Assembly (NCBI GenBank): GCA_017882165.1
Contig: JADGPZ010000003.1
Coordinates: 878 to 64,877 of the forward strand
From: Candidatus Kapaibacterium sp.
GTDB lineage: Bacteria > Bacteroidota > Ignavibacteria > Palsa-1295
DNA: 64,000 nucleotides
Direction: 5' to 3'
Every line of letters starts with the position of its first letter. Position 1 is the first letter of the stretch. The notes below the pieces were generated by a model, which saw only the letters and a program-made list of their open reading frames with translations, was not told the origin of the DNA and made no database searches. The position numbers and the translations under genes are program-made. Shown piece after piece: positions 38,922 to 50,133 of this stretch.

Positions 38922-39758
38922 TTATTTCGTGCGGCGCTTAACGATGTACTTATTCGATGCGTTCTTACGCTTCCGGGTCTTGAGGCCCTTTGAAAGCTGT
39001 CCCCACGGCGACTTCGGATGTTTGCGTCCTCCGCCCGACTTCGACTTACCTTCGCCACCACCCATCGGGTGATCGACCGGGTTCATCGCCATACCGCGCG
39101 TCTGCGGACGAATACCGAGCCAGCGTGAACGTCCGGCCTTGCCCCAGCTAATATTGAAGAAGTCAGAGTTTCCGACCTGTCCGATCGTCGCGAAGCATTC
39201 AAGGCGAATCTTGCGCGTCTCGCCGGATGGGAGACGAATCGTTGCGAACTCACCCTCCTTGGCCATCACCTGGCACGCATTGCCGGCGGAGCGAGCGATC
39301 TGCCCGCCGCGGCCCGCGCGCAGCTCCACATTGTGGACGAACGTGCCGAGCGGCATATTCTTCAGCGGCAAAGTATTGCCAACGTTAATTTCGCTTTCCG
39401 CTCCGGACGTGATCGTCGCACCGACATCCAGTCCACCGGGAGCGAGGATGTAACGCTTCTCGCCATCCGCATACTGGATGAGTGCGATGCGGCAGCTCCG
39501 GTTCGGATCGTATTCGATCGCGGTGACCTTGCCGGGCACCATGATTTTGTCCCGCTTGAAGTCGATTACGCGGTACATCCGCTTGTGGCCACCGCCACGA
39601 TGCCGTGACGTGATGCGTCCCGTGTTGCCGCGGCCACCCGACTTGCGGAGTGGCTCGAGCAGCGCCTTCTCCGGCGTGGTCTTCGTGACCTCGTCGAATG
39701 TCGAGATCGAATAGTACCGCGTCGCCGGCGTTCTTGGTTTTAGATTCCTAATAGCCAT
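38922..39758 (-). CDS. rplB: 50S ribosomal protein L2
   Basis: RHRGGGHK; IEYDPNR; [14 protein letters not shown]. Confidence 0.99.
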   Translation of the reverse strand: MAIRNLKPRTPATRYYSISTFDEVTKTTPEKALLEPLRKSGGRGNTGRITSRHRGGGHKRMYRVIDFKRDKIMVPGKVTAIEYDPNRSCRIALIQYADGEKRYILAPGGLDVGATITSGAESEINVGNTLPLKNMPLGTFVHNVELRAGRGGQIARSAGNACQVMAKEGEFATIRLPSGETRKIRLECFATIGQVGNSDFFNISWGKAGRSRWLGIRPQTRGMAMNPVDHPMGGGEGKSKSGGGRKHPKSPWGQLSKGLKTRKRKNASNKYIVKRRTK

Positions 39759-39763
39759 TGCTC

Positions 39764-40081
39764 TTACAACGCTCCTTTATCTTTCGCCTCGACCGGCGCG
39801 AAAATATCGATCGTCTGACCGGCTTCAAGGTGTACGATTGCCTTCTTGTAGCCCTGCTTAATGCCACGCCGCACGCCCTTGCGCGTATTCTGCGTCTTGT
39901 GCTTCGGCTTGCGCCACGAGGTCTGAACGCTCTTGACCGCGACACCGAACTTGCGCGCAACCGCCTGAGCGATCTCGATCTTGTTCGTATCCGGCAGAAC
40001 TTCGAAGTGATAGATCCCCTTCTCGGCCTGCAAGGTCGCTTTCTCGGTCAGCAGCGGACGTTTTAAAACTTCTCGTACCAT
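39764..40081 (-). CDS. rplW: 50S ribosomal protein L23
   Basis: PLLTEKA; NKIEI..AV; YKKAIV.L. Confidence 0.97.
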   Translation of the reverse strand: MVREVLKRPLLTEKATLQAEKGIYHFEVLPDTNKIEIAQAVARKFGVAVKSVQTSWRKPKHKTQNTRKGVRRGIKQGYKKAIVHLEAGQTIDIFAPVEAKDKGAL

Positions 40082-40101
40082 GATTCTTCCCTGATGTCCC
40101 G

Positions 40102-40776
40102 TTACGCCGGTATAGAAATGTGCTCGACTTCCGGCAATTCGTTCGCCATGCCGTTAAACGTATTTTCGATCATCTTCACGGCGGATTCCTCGGCGATCAC
40201 GGCGCGCGATTTCCAAATCTCGTACATCGAAACCTTATCGGCCGCGAGCACCGTCAGGGTCGGGATGTTCCGTCCGCTGAGAAACAGCGTGCCGTTGTCA
40301 CCAGCCGTAAGCAAGAGCGCCTGCTTCTTATCGAGTTGCAGTGCGTTAAGCACCTCTTGCACCTGCTTCGTGCGCGCACCGCTAAAATTCAAATCTTCAA
40401 CAACGACGAACGCGTTCTTCTGAACTTTTTCCGAAAGAGCGCTCTTCCGCGCGAGCTGCTTCACCTTGCGTGAGAGCTTCTGCGTGTACTTATGCGGCTT
40501 CGGTCCGAACATCGTGCCACCACCCGGATGCAGCGGGCTCTTGATGTCACCCTGGCGCGCCCGGCCGGTGCCCTTTTGGCGAAACAGCTTCCTCGTCGAG
40601 CCGGCAACTTCGCTGCGACCCTTGGTCTTGGCCGTTCCCTGGCGCTGCGCCGCGAGATAGGCATTAATCGAGAGCCACATCGCATGCTCGTGCGGCTCGA
40701 TCGCGAAAATGTCGTCCGGCAGGTCGATCATTCGACCCGTGCCCGTACCGCTCTTGCTTAAAACTTCGAGTTCCAT
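40102..40776 (-). CDS. rplD: 50S ribosomal protein L4
   Basis: RQGTAKTKGRSEV; RQKGTGRAR; GGG..FGPKP. Confidence 0.98.
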   Translation of the reverse strand: MELEVLSKSGTGTGRMIDLPDDIFAIEPHEHAMWLSINAYLAAQRQGTAKTKGRSEVAGSTRKLFRQKGTGRARQGDIKSPLHPGGGTMFGPKPHKYTQKLSRKVKQLARKSALSEKVQKNAFVVVEDLNFSGARTKQVQEVLNALQLDKKQALLLTAGDNGTLFLSGRNIPTLTVLAADKVSMYEIWKSRAVIAEESAVKMIENTFNGMANELPEVEHISIPA

Positions 40777-40825
40777 GTGTTTTCGATAGATTCTATGGAT
40801 TCGATAGATTCTATAAAATCTACTC

Positions 40826-41461
40826 TTACGCTTTTACTATCTCGACCACCTGATTCTTCGCACCGGCAAACGAGCCGCTGACTAAAATCAGATTTTGATC
40901 GGCCACGATCCGCACGACGCGAAGATTCCGAGTGGTAATCCTCTTGCCGCCCATGCGACCACCCATGCGCTGCCCCTTGAACACGCGCGAAGGATAGCTC
41001 GAAGAGCCGATCGAACCGGGATGGCGCTGGCGATCCGACTGACCGTGCGTGGACTGTCCAATACCACCAAAATGGTGGCGCTTGACGACGCCCTGAAATC
41101 CGCGGCCTTTCGATGTCCCGACGACGTGTACGACGTCGCCTTCGGCGAAAATATCCGGCACCTTAATCTCGGCTCCCAGCGCGAACGAAGCGATCTTCTC
41201 ATCCGAAAAGGACCGCACTTCCTTCACGTAACGCTTCGCCGATGTTCCCGCCTTGTCGAAGTGCCCCTTCTCGGGCTTGTTCAACTTGCGCTCCGCCATG
41301 TCCTCAAAAGCAAGCTGCACGGCGGCGTAGCCGTCGCGCGCCTTCGTCTTGACTTGCGTGACGTAGCACGGGCCGACTTCCAAAACGGTCACGGGCACAT
41401 ATTGCCCCTGATCGTCGAAGACCCCCGTCATGCCAACTTTTTTTCCAAATAGTGCGCTCAT
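40826..41461 (-). CDS. rplC: 50S ribosomal protein L3
   Basis: GKKVGMT; SKGRGFQGVVKRH; PGSIG....PSRVFKG. Confidence 0.98.
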   Translation of the reverse strand: MSALFGKKVGMTGVFDDQGQYVPVTVLEVGPCYVTQVKTKARDGYAAVQLAFEDMAERKLNKPEKGHFDKAGTSAKRYVKEVRSFSDEKIASFALGAEIKVPDIFAEGDVVHVVGTSKGRGFQGVVKRHHFGGIGQSTHGQSDRQRHPGSIGSSSYPSRVFKGQRMGGRMGGKRITTRNLRVVRIVADQNLILVSGSFAGAKNQVVEIVKA

Positions 41462-41467
41462 TGTGTC

Positions 41468-41560
41468 AATTGCGAATTACGAATTACGAATCACGAATGC
41501 GCCATGTGGCTTCTGTCCGAATTACGACCCATTCGTAATCCGTCATTCGCAATCAATAAT
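41468..41560. repeat. Inverted heptamer tandem repeats between rpsJ and rplC
   Basis: AATTGCG-AATTACG-AATTACG-AATCACG facing TTCGTAA-TCCGTCA-TTCGCAA. Confidence 0.7.
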
Positions 41561-41566
41561 TAAGCG

Positions 41567-41869
41567 TCACACCTTGATCTCTACTTCTACTCCCGCCGGC
41601 AACTCGAGCTTCATCAGCGAATCGACGGTGCGGCTGTTCGAATTCAAAATGTCGATGAGCCGCTTGTGGGCGCGGATCTCGAACTGCTCGCGGCTCTTCT
41701 TATCCACGTGCGGCGAGCGGTTGACCGTATAGATCGACTTCTTCGTCGGAAGAGGGATCGGTCCAGAGACCACGCAGCCTGTCGGCTTGACGGTCCGGAT
41801 GATCTTCTCCGCGCTCTTGTCGATCAGGTTATGATCGTACGACTTTAATTTGATTCGAATCTTCTGCAT
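41567..41869 (-). CDS. rpsJ: 30S ribosomal protein S10
   Basis: [10 protein letters not shown]; GPIPLPT; [14 protein letters not shown]. Confidence 0.99.
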   Translation of the reverse strand: MQKIRIKLKSYDHNLIDKSAEKIIRTVKPTGCVVSGPIPLPTKKSIYTVNRSPHVDKKSREQFEIRAHKRLIDILNSNSRTVDSLMKLELPAGVEVEIKV

Positions 41870-41904
41870 TATTCTTTTTGATGCCCTCTCTCGTCCGGGG
41901 AGGG

Positions 41905-41940
41905 AAAAAGAAAGCGCGCATCCAAAAAGATGCGCGCTTC
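41905..41940 (-). terminator. Intrinsic terminator-like hairpin after tuf
   Basis: Minus strand AAGCGCGCATC-TTTTTG-GATGCGCGCTT-TCTTTTT. Confidence 0.65.
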
Positions 41941-41945
41941 AAGAA

Positions 41946-43154
41946 TTACTTCGTGATCTTATCGACGACTCCGGCTCCGACCGTGCGTCCGCCTTCGCGG
42001 ATAGCAAAGCGAAGTCCTTCTTCCATGGCGATCGGGCTAATTAGCTCGATCTTCATTTGGACGGAATCGCCCGGCATCACCATCTCGACGCCTTCTGGCA
42101 GCGTCGCAACGCCAGTCACATCCGTCGTGCGGAAGTAAAACTGGGGGCGATAGCCATTGAAAAACGGCGTATGACGTCCACCCTCTTCCTTCGAAAGCAC
42201 GTACACCTTCGCTTCGAAGTTCGTGTGTGGCGTGATCGAGCCGGGCTTCGCGATGACCTGACCACGCTCGAGATCGTTCTTCTCGACGCCGCGGAGCAGC
42301 AGACCGCAATTATCGCCAGCCGTACCTTCATCAAGCTCCTTACGGAACATCTCGACGCCCGTGACGACCGTCTTCTTGTGCTGGCCGAGACCGATGATCT
42401 CGACTTCCTCGCCAACGCGAACCTTACCGCGCTCGATGCGGCCCGTGCCAACCGTACCGCGACCGGTGATTGAGAACACGTCCTCGATCGACATCAGGAA
42501 CGGCTTATCGACATCGCGAACCGGAGTCGGGATGTAACTATCGACCGCATCCATAAGGTCGTAGATGCACTTGAGGCGAGGATCATCCGGCGTTGTGCTC
42601 GGATCGGAGCCGGCGTTCAGCGCGTTCAACGCGGAACCCGGAATGATCGGGATCTCGTCTCCCGGAAATTCATACTTGCTGAGCAGCTCGCGAACCTCGA
42701 GTTCAACGAGTTCGAGCAGCTCCGGATCGGCCGCATCGACCTTGTTCATAAATACAACGATACGGGGCACGCCAACCTGACGAGCGAGCAGGATGTGCTC
42801 GCGGGTCTGCGGCATCGGGCCATCCGTCGCGGCAACGACCAGAATGGCACCGTCCATCTGCGCGGCACCCGTGATCATGTTCTTGACATAATCGGCATGG
42901 CCGGGACAGTCCACGTGCGCGTAGTGACGGGCAGCCGTCTCATACTCGACGTGGGCCGTGGCGATTGTGATTCCACGGGCGCGCTCTTCGGGCGCGTTAT
43001 CGATGGAATCGAACGTGCGCACCTGGGTGCCCGGCAATTTTTTCGCGAGCGCCATCGTGATCGCGGCGGTCAGCGTGGTCTTGCCGTGATCGACGTGGCC
43101 AATGGTGCCTACGTTGACGTGCGGCTTGGAGCGGTCAAATTTTGCTTTTGCCAT
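41946..43154 (-). CDS. tuf: Elongation factor Tu
   Basis: [21 protein letters not shown] and [10 protein letters not shown]. Confidence 0.99.
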   Translation of the reverse strand: MAKAKFDRSKPHVNVGTIGHVDHGKTTLTAAITMALAKKLPGTQVRTFDSIDNAPEERARGITIATAHVEYETAARHYAHVDCPGHADYVKNMITGAAQMDGAILVVAATDGPMPQTREHILLARQVGVPRIVVFMNKVDAADPELLELVELEVRELLSKYEFPGDEIPIIPGSALNALNAGSDPSTTPDDPRLKCIYDLMDAVDSYIPTPVRDVDKPFLMSIEDVFSITGRGTVGTGRIERGKVRVGEEVEIIGLGQHKKTVVTGVEMFRKELDEGTAGDNCGLLLRGVEKNDLERGQVIAKPGSITPHTNFEAKVYVLSKEEGGRHTPFFNGYRPQFYFRTTDVTGVATLPEGVEMVMPGDSVQMKIELISPIAMEEGLRFAIREGGRTVGAGVVDKITK

Positions 43155-43655
43155 TGCAGTGATTAATTAGACGTCTCGATTGTCTGAAAAAACCTGTTCG
43201 GAGCACGCACACCACACCCATACGAGTGTGATCTCATACTCCTAAAAAACGTTGTTCGTTACATTGAAAGCGTGAACGCGATCCGTCTCGACGCTTTGCG
43301 TCACGCTTTACGAGAGGCCGGCCGAAAAACTCGGGGCCACTTTCCAGATCCGCATGCGGAACGCTCGGAATGCCTTTCCCTTGATGGGAAGCCCCTGACG
43401 GGGCAAGGCAGAACACGTCCTCCGGTAGAACCAAAGTCGTCTATTCTTAGCGCTCTGATGGATACAGAGGCGGATCGTTTCAATGAACCCTCGAACGAAG
43501 AAGCAAAAAAATCGCGATTGAAAGCGTGATTCTGGCGTTCTTCCTTACGAGGCGCGCTAATAACTGGCCCTCGACGTGAAGAGTTTCGAATTTCTTGCTC
43601 ATTCCTAAGCTATTTTTAAGGCATCCTCATGCGCCTATTCGCTATTCGAGAGACT

Positions 43656-46073
43656 ATGAAGCAGCACACCCTCTCGATCTTTCTCCTATTGGTGGTACTG
43701 CTTTTAGCCTTTTTTCCGATTCTTTTTCAGGGAAAGCTCCTGCTTCCGACGGATTTGGGCGACTCCATGACTTTGCCGTTTTCACAGAGCTACGGCCCGC
43801 AGCAGGCACAAAATGCATACGTATCGGACGGCCTCTTTCAATTCTACCCGTACAAGCTCCTTCTTCGCGATGCGTGGCAACATGGTCGATTCGCGTTTTG
43901 GAATCCACTCAATCTCTGCGGCTATCCGGCCTATGCCGAAACGATGTCGACGAATTTCGATGTCCTGAACATTGTACTGCTTCTGTTTTCGATGCCGTTT
44001 GCTTTTCACCTCTATCTGATCTTGCCTCTCCTCATTGCCGGTAGTGGCTTCTATTGCTTCCTCACAAGTTACAACGTGAATATTTGGATCGCACGAATAT
44101 TCGCGACGAGCTACATGCTCTGCGGCCTCTTCATCACGCATCTGCTCCCGCATTTTATGCCCGGCTCGATGTGCTGGGCGCCGGTCGTTTGTTTATTTCT
44201 CAAACGATATTTCGATCGAGGCAGCAACGGTCAGATTTTGCTTGCCGGCGCATTCCTTTGTCTCGGCTTCCTTGGCGGGAATATGCAGACCGCAATGTTC
44301 CTGGCCATCCTCATGGCATTCTATTCGTTGACCTACTGGTCGAAGACCGGGCCAATTCCCTTCACGACGCGCGTCATTGCTTTTGCGAGCGTGCTCACCA
44401 TCGGAGTGTTCTTGAGCGCGATTATGTGGCTGCCGACGCTCGAGCTTTTTTGGAATGTGATGCGCGATGGCTTGGTCTCTTCGACAAGCCTCACCCGAGG
44501 CTATTCCCCGCTTCAACGTTTGCTCAGTATCCCGATGCTCTTGACATTTTTCATTCCATCCATTGCCGGAAGCGCATCGGGCATGAGCATCTACAAAAGC
44601 ATCGGTGTTTTTACGATTGATTTTAACGCCGCAATCGGTTACATCCCTCTGCTCATCGGATTTTGGGCCGCGATCAAATACTGGAGGGACCGAACGATCC
44701 TTCCATTTGCCCTGATGGTGTTTTGTGGTTTCCTCTTTCCGATCGCGACACCGCTCTTTCGCTTTCTCTACCACCGCTTTTTCATCGTCGCCATTTTCGG
44801 ATTATGCGGAGCGGGAGCCATTGGATTTCAGCGTGTGCTCGATGACGACGATGCGCGTGAGTCCGCACGGCGATTGCTCCGATATTCTTTCTATGCTTTT
44901 GCAGTAGTCGCCGGACTGATCGTAACCGTCGGGCTGCTCATTCTTACGAACCACGAGCGGGCATGGGCGATGGGTGTGAAATACCTGCTGCCTCGGTTCG
45001 AACACATCTCGTTCGCCGAAGGCAATCATGCCTGGGTTGTCGATTATATGCGCGCAACGATCGATAGCTATTCGCTTGATTCGCCGGTCATGCTTCTTTC
45101 GCTCCTCTCGATTGCGATTGGATACTACTTGCTCCATACGCTCCTCCGCGCTCCGAACCGGAATCAGAACGTGAAGCTGGCTGGCATTTGGGCCATCGGC
45201 GCGTTCCAGGTGGCGATGTTCGCTTACACGTGGCTCCCGCACGTCGACTCCAAATCATTTCCTCTGCTTCCGCGCACGCACCTCACGGATCTTCTCAGCC
45301 ATGACAGCTCCGCGCGCGTGTTTGTGGACCGCCGGTCGCATCCGAACGAGCAATATCTTTTGATCGACAACGAGAATGCAGCGTATGGGATTGCAGTCAT
45401 CAGCGGCTTTGAGAGCCTCCTGCCACGGAGCTTCTATCTGCATGTTCCACGGCTCACGAACGACTCAACGATGCCCGCGAAGTTACTTGGACTCCTGAAC
45501 GTAAGATACATTCTCACCGGGAACAGCAGTCATCTTTCGAGCAGCGAATTTGAACTATTGGGCTCAGGCAAATGGCGTCTGTGGAAGAATCGTGCGCCCG
45601 TCCGTCGCGCCTGGTTCTCCGATCGTGTGATAATTTCGCCGAACGATTCGACAACGCTTGCAATGCTGGATGACACTGCGTTCGATCCTCGCGTCGTCGC
45701 GTTCACAGGAGAAAGTGTCGAATCACTGGCATCTCCGCTTCCATCGCTAACAGCAACCGCGAATATCATTGTAGACAAGCCCGAGTCGGTCATGATCGAG
45801 ACCTCTAATGACTATCCGGGATACTTGGTATTATCGGACACCTATTATCCCGGCTGGGAGTGCTTTGTCGATGGACACAAGCGGGAAATCCACCGGGCAA
45901 ATTACGCGATGCGCGCGGTCTATCTGGAAGCAGGCAAGCACCGCGTCGCATTTGTGTTTGACCCAATGAGCTATCAGATCGGCAAGTGGATCTCGATACT
46001 CGCGCTCGCTGGCATCCTCGGGTTCGGTGCGCTCGGGCTTGTTCGGCGTTCGTCATTCGCGAAATCTGAATGA
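43656..46073 (+). CDS. YfhO-family membrane protein (GT-C-like), paralogue 1
   Basis: D...QFYP, WNP....GYP, many TMs; C-terminal LVLSDTYYPGW...VDG...RANYAMRAV. Start at ATG 43656 or 43629. Confidence 0.85.
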   Translation: MKQHTLSIFLLLVVLLLAFFPILFQGKLLLPTDLGDSMTLPFSQSYGPQQAQNAYVSDGLFQFYPYKLLLRDAWQHGRFAFWNPLNLCGYPAYAETMSTNFDVLNIVLLLFSMPFAFHLYLILPLLIAGSGFYCFLTSYNVNIWIARIFATSYMLCGLFITHLLPHFMPGSMCWAPVVCLFLKRYFDRGSNGQILLAGAFLCLGFLGGNMQTAMFLAILMAFYSLTYWSKTGPIPFTTRVIAFASVLTIGVFLSAIMWLPTLELFWNVMRDGLVSSTSLTRGYSPLQRLLSIPMLLTFFIPSIAGSASGMSIYKSIGVFTIDFNAAIGYIPLLIGFWAAIKYWRDRTILPFALMVFCGFLFPIATPLFRFLYHRFFIVAIFGLCGAGAIGFQRVLDDDDARESARRLLRYSFYAFAVVAGLIVTVGLLILTNHERAWAMGVKYLLPRFEHISFAEGNHAWVVDYMRATIDSYSLDSPVMLLSLLSIAIGYYLLHTLLRAPNRNQNVKLAGIWAIGAFQVAMFAYTWLPHVDSKSFPLLPRTHLTDLLSHDSSARVFVDRRSHPNEQYLLIDNENAAYGIAVISGFESLLPRSFYLHVPRLTNDSTMPAKLLGLLNVRYILTGNSSHLSSSEFELLGSGKWRLWKNRAPVRRAWFSDRVIISPNDSTTLAMLDDTAFDPRVVAFTGESVESLASPLPSLTATANIIVDKPESVMIETSNDYPGYLVLSDTYYPGWECFVDGHKREIHRANYAMRAVYLEAGKHRVAFVFDPMSYQIGKWISILALAGILGFGALGLVRRSSFAKSE

Positions 46074-48484
46074 GCCTGACTCGATCGCGCACGGAAATCC
46101 GGCAAGCGTTCGTAACGCTTGCTCTGCTCGCGCTTGCGCTTGGCGCAACATTCTTCCCGGTTCTCTTCGAAGGGAAGTCACTCTTGCCCAGCGATCTCAT
46201 CAATACGATGACGCTCCCGTTCTCCGAATCGTATCAGGCGCCGCACGCATACAATTCTCTCGTCACGGATGGCTACTTCCAATTTTACCCACTAAAATAT
46301 CTTACGTCTCAAGCGTTCGAGAGTGGTCATTTTGCATTTTGGAATCCCTTCATTCTTAATGGCTATCCGCAGTACGTCGAAGGAATGTGGACATACAATC
46401 CCATTCTTCTGTTGCCGCTGTCCTTCGCCGTTCGCCTCAATTTTCTTTTGATTTTTCCGCTCCTCGTCGCAGGCTTCGGGATGTACTTGCTGCTTCGTGA
46501 TTACGCCGTGCGTGTTGGTATCGCTCGCATATTCGCAACAGCATACATGCTGAACGCGCTCTTCCTCACCCATCTCCTGGCACATTTCATTCCCGCCGCA
46601 TTCAGCTTTGCGCCGTGGATATTGTTCTTTCTCCACCGGTATCATACCAATGCTCGGTTACCATCAATCGCTCTTGCCCGTATCACGCTCGGTCTCGGCA
46701 TCTTATCAGGCAATGTGCAAACGGCCGCTTTTCTCTTTTATATTGCTGCGTGCTATTGGCTTGCGTTAAAATGGAGCAGTGAGAGACGACTGAACGTGCG
46801 CCCGCTTGCATTGGCACTTCTCATCGGAATTGGGATCGGAATGGTGTATCTCCTTCCGGCCAGTGAAATGCTACATGAGGTCACGAACGGCGGCGTATCG
46901 TTCTCGACAAGTTTTCAGCGTGGGTACAGTTTCGCTTCTCGCCTGTTGAGCCTGCCGCTTCTCGTGACATTCTTCTTGCCTCAACTGGCCGGATCGATCC
47001 GTGGAGTAACACTTCCGGCCAGTATCGGAGTCTTTCCGATTGATTTCCAGGGCGCGATCAGCTTTGTGCCGCTTCTTCTCGCGATTTGGGGAAGCATGCA
47101 CCTGTGGAAGACTAAGCCAGAAATCCGGCCATTCGTTTTGCTTGGCATAACGGGATTGCTGCTCCCCATCGCGACTCCACTCTTTCACCTTGTTTACCAT
47201 CGCTTCTTCGTGGTCTTCGTGCTGGGGGCCTGTGGAGCCGGGGCCATCGCATTAGAAGAGATTTTGCAGAACGACAAATGGAAGCACAGCATCGTCCGAT
47301 GGCTCGCGTGGGCTTCGGTCCTGTTGGGAGTGCTAATCGTGCTACTGTCGGTCTCGTCGTGTATTTTGTATTTTGAGCATGAACGTGTTCTCTCAATGGC
47401 GAGAGAATATCTACTCCCTCGCTTTGCGCAAGCGGCGTTCGCCTCAGGCAACGAGAGCTGGATCGCATCGCGAATTCGAGAGGCGGTCGAGTACTGGAGT
47501 ATTCTCAGGCCGGAATGGATTGCGGCGATTGCAAGCAGCATGGTAGCCGTTGGCGTCGTGTACCTGGGGATCAGCAAGAGAATCCTCTCGCACCCTCGGA
47601 TACTTGCCGTCCTGTGGGTAATAACGACGTTCCAGCTTGTCCTCTTTGCGCGGTCCTGGCTGCCTGCCACCGATACGCAACGCTTCCCACTCTACCCCTC
47701 AACTTCCGAGACACGACTCTTACAATCGCTCAGCGTGAACTCGCGAGTTTGCTTCTTCCGCCAGATAGCCCCCGGCAAGCAAACGATGTTCATTGATAAT
47801 GAGAACATCATATACAGCATTCGCGAGGCTACGGGTTATGAGAGCCTTACTCCGCGCTGCCTCTTCAATGCGATCGGCGTGACCCCGGATGCTGCCACAC
47901 AACGTCTGCTCTCGCGTTTCAACGTCGGTACAATTTGCACGGCTCTTCCGATTGCTGACACCACGCAACTCACCACGTTGGTGCGCGGGCCAATATGGAT
48001 TTATCGCCTCAATTCCCCGACGCCAAGAGCATTCCTTACGTGCAGTACCGCAACGTTGCCAAACGACCGGTTGGTACTCGATTCGTTACGCTACAGTCTT
48101 TCGCCGTGGCCGGCGGCCCTGTTTACAGGAGACCAAAAGCCCGTTGCGATGAGCGCGACTATCGATCAACATGATTCGGTCTCACTCCTCGAAGATTCTG
48201 GCAGCAGAATTGTTTTTCGAACGCATTCGGATCAGTCGGAATACTTCGTCCTGACGGACACATATTATCCCGGCTGGATCTGCACGGTTGATGGCGTTGA
48301 AACGGAAACGCAGCGCTGCAATTATGCAATGCGGGCGGTGCTGCTTCATCCGGGATATCATACCGTTGAGTACCGATTCGAGCCTAAGTCATTTCGATTG
48401 GGACTCTGGCTCAGTATTGTCTCAGCTTGCCTGCTTGCGTTGGTTATTCCCTATGACTTCTTTCGGCGACGGCTGGCAAAATAA
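46070..48484 (+). CDS. YfhO-family membrane protein (GT-C-like), paralogue 2
   Basis: Collinear with paralogue 1 (DGYFQFYP, WNP..LNGYP, YHRFF, IDNEN, TDTYYPGW, NYAMRAV); ATGA overlap. Confidence 0.85.
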   Translation: MSLTRSRTEIRQAFVTLALLALALGATFFPVLFEGKSLLPSDLINTMTLPFSESYQAPHAYNSLVTDGYFQFYPLKYLTSQAFESGHFAFWNPFILNGYPQYVEGMWTYNPILLLPLSFAVRLNFLLIFPLLVAGFGMYLLLRDYAVRVGIARIFATAYMLNALFLTHLLAHFIPAAFSFAPWILFFLHRYHTNARLPSIALARITLGLGILSGNVQTAAFLFYIAACYWLALKWSSERRLNVRPLALALLIGIGIGMVYLLPASEMLHEVTNGGVSFSTSFQRGYSFASRLLSLPLLVTFFLPQLAGSIRGVTLPASIGVFPIDFQGAISFVPLLLAIWGSMHLWKTKPEIRPFVLLGITGLLLPIATPLFHLVYHRFFVVFVLGACGAGAIALEEILQNDKWKHSIVRWLAWASVLLGVLIVLLSVSSCILYFEHERVLSMAREYLLPRFAQAAFASGNESWIASRIREAVEYWSILRPEWIAAIASSMVAVGVVYLGISKRILSHPRILAVLWVITTFQLVLFARSWLPATDTQRFPLYPSTSETRLLQSLSVNSRVCFFRQIAPGKQTMFIDNENIIYSIREATGYESLTPRCLFNAIGVTPDAATQRLLSRFNVGTICTALPIADTTQLTTLVRGPIWIYRLNSPTPRAFLTCSTATLPNDRLVLDSLRYSLSPWPAALFTGDQKPVAMSATIDQHDSVSLLEDSGSRIVFRTHSDQSEYFVLTDTYYPGWICTVDGVETETQRCNYAMRAVLLHPGYHTVEYRFEPKSFRLGLWLSIVSACLLALVIPYDFFRRRLAK

Positions 48485-50121
48485 ATGCCAATTGCCGACA
48501 GGCAGGTGAGCGCTATGGAGGCAAGAGTGACATTCGTACCGGCGATTTCTGCATCCGAAGTCTCCAACCGAATCGTAAGCACGGAGTGCCCTGCGGGGAG
48601 CCCTACGCGGGTCCGTCCGATAGAATCGGGTTCGGTATGCGATCGGATGCCATTCACGGTTGCAACCCACTCCGGCCAGTAATACAGATGGAGGGTGGCC
48701 GTTGAGGGGTGGGCTATGGTGATCTCATAGCTTCGCTCATTGGGGTGCTCATAGCGCGTCGTAACAGAGCCAGGAGAGTCCAGCATGAAGTGCGGCTCGT
48801 TCGCGCTGGCACTGTAGCGATGACCAACAGAATCCATCGGGATCGTTATTGTCCGCGAGTAGAACTCTCCGCGTGCTTCCATCGAGGAAACCACATGTGT
48901 TCCGATCCTCAAGTTTAGCATGGATGCTCCTTCGATGCCAGTCGTGACAATGAGCCAGGACAGGAGCATCAGAACTATTGCTCGCGGCAAAATCGGATTC
49001 CTCTCGGTGTCCTGAATCAGAAACACAATTGCCAGAAGCATCAAGATCATATCCATGCGCCAAGGGAATTGGATCATGTGAATCGGTAGGATCCATGATG
49101 AAAGAAAATTGAATACAAAGGGAAATTGGAAAACGAGACCAATCGTCCATGCGGCGAAAAAGAATCGGTATTGTGCCGCCTGTTGCCCGGCGCGTCGCTG
49201 ACCTCGTGCTTCTCTTTGGACAGCCCTGAACCAGATTGCGGCCAATGAAAGAAATATGAGCGGAATTACGATACGCGTTTGAAGATAACCGCCATTGACC
49301 GTCTCCAAGAGCGGCGAGTGCTCCCCCGTCGGAAACAAGTTGTCGAGACCGAGTCGGCCCAGGTGCAACACAGCCGGCAGTAAGCAGACCGATGCGATCC
49401 CACACGACAGCAGCAGTGACCATACTCCGAGCGCCGATCGTTCCCAATCTCTACCGAGTATCAGAAGCGCAGTCCCGAGAAGAAGAAGGAGACTGATGCC
49501 GGACGGGATACTACTCAGAAGAACCGCAGCGCAACCGAGCGTGGAGAGGAGGAAGCGCCACCAGGTCGAGCGGTCGTAAATACTCAATGCGCACACCAGG
49601 AAGACCAGTGGCATAAATGAGAAGGAGACGACTTCCGAGAGCGAACCACGAGTGAAGAGCGTAAAATAAACATAGGGATTGAAGGCATAGATGAGACTCC
49701 CGGCTAAAACTTGGCGACGGTCAAGTGCAAGCGAACGTAAAAGTATTCGCATGAAAAAGAAACTGCCAAGATAAGCAACGGCTGCAACAATCCGAAAGAG
49801 CATCTCGGATGAGAATGCCGGGCCAACCCACGCAATCACGGATGCCAACAGGTAGGTAATGGGAGGATAATAATAGAAGACGGGAGAGCCCAGTCCGTAA
49901 AATGAGAGGTGCGACCACCGCGGCCACCAACTAAAATAGGCGAAGATTTCACGGAAGGCTCCAATCCAAAAGATGTGTACACTCGCATCGTGACCGTCGA
50001 TCCGCAGAAAGACGAGCGATGTCACGTGAACTGCTGCAAGCACGAAACCAGCAAAGATGAGCAGTTGCGGACGTCGGACTTCCGCTGTGAAGCGCCGAAG
50101 CATGAGTGGAATATCGGTCAT
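48451..50121 (-). CDS. GT-C-like membrane protein (PTPS-related membrane domain family)
   Basis: GHD..VH, WPRW.....GLGSPVFYYYPP, RGSLSE, IQFPWR and YYWPEW.A.VNG. Confidence 0.75.
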   Translation of the reverse strand: MTDIPLMLRRFTAEVRRPQLLIFAGFVLAAVHVTSLVFLRIDGHDASVHIFWIGAFREIFAYFSWWPRWSHLSFYGLGSPVFYYYPPITYLLASVIAWVGPAFSSEMLFRIVAAVAYLGSFFFMRILLRSLALDRRQVLAGSLIYAFNPYVYFTLFTRGSLSEVVSFSFMPLVFLVCALSIYDRSTWWRFLLSTLGCAAVLLSSIPSGISLLLLLGTALLILGRDWERSALGVWSLLLSCGIASVCLLPAVLHLGRLGLDNLFPTGEHSPLLETVNGGYLQTRIVIPLIFLSLAAIWFRAVQREARGQRRAGQQAAQYRFFFAAWTIGLVFQFPFVFNFLSSWILPIHMIQFPWRMDMILMLLAIVFLIQDTERNPILPRAIVLMLLSWLIVTTGIEGASMLNLRIGTHVVSSMEARGEFYSRTITIPMDSVGHRYSASANEPHFMLDSPGSVTTRYEHPNERSYEITIAHPSTATLHLYYWPEWVATVNGIRSHTEPDSIGRTRVGLPAGHSVLTIRLETSDAEIAGTNVTLASIALTCLSAIGIYFASRRRKKS

Positions 50122-50133
50122 CCGTTATAGATT

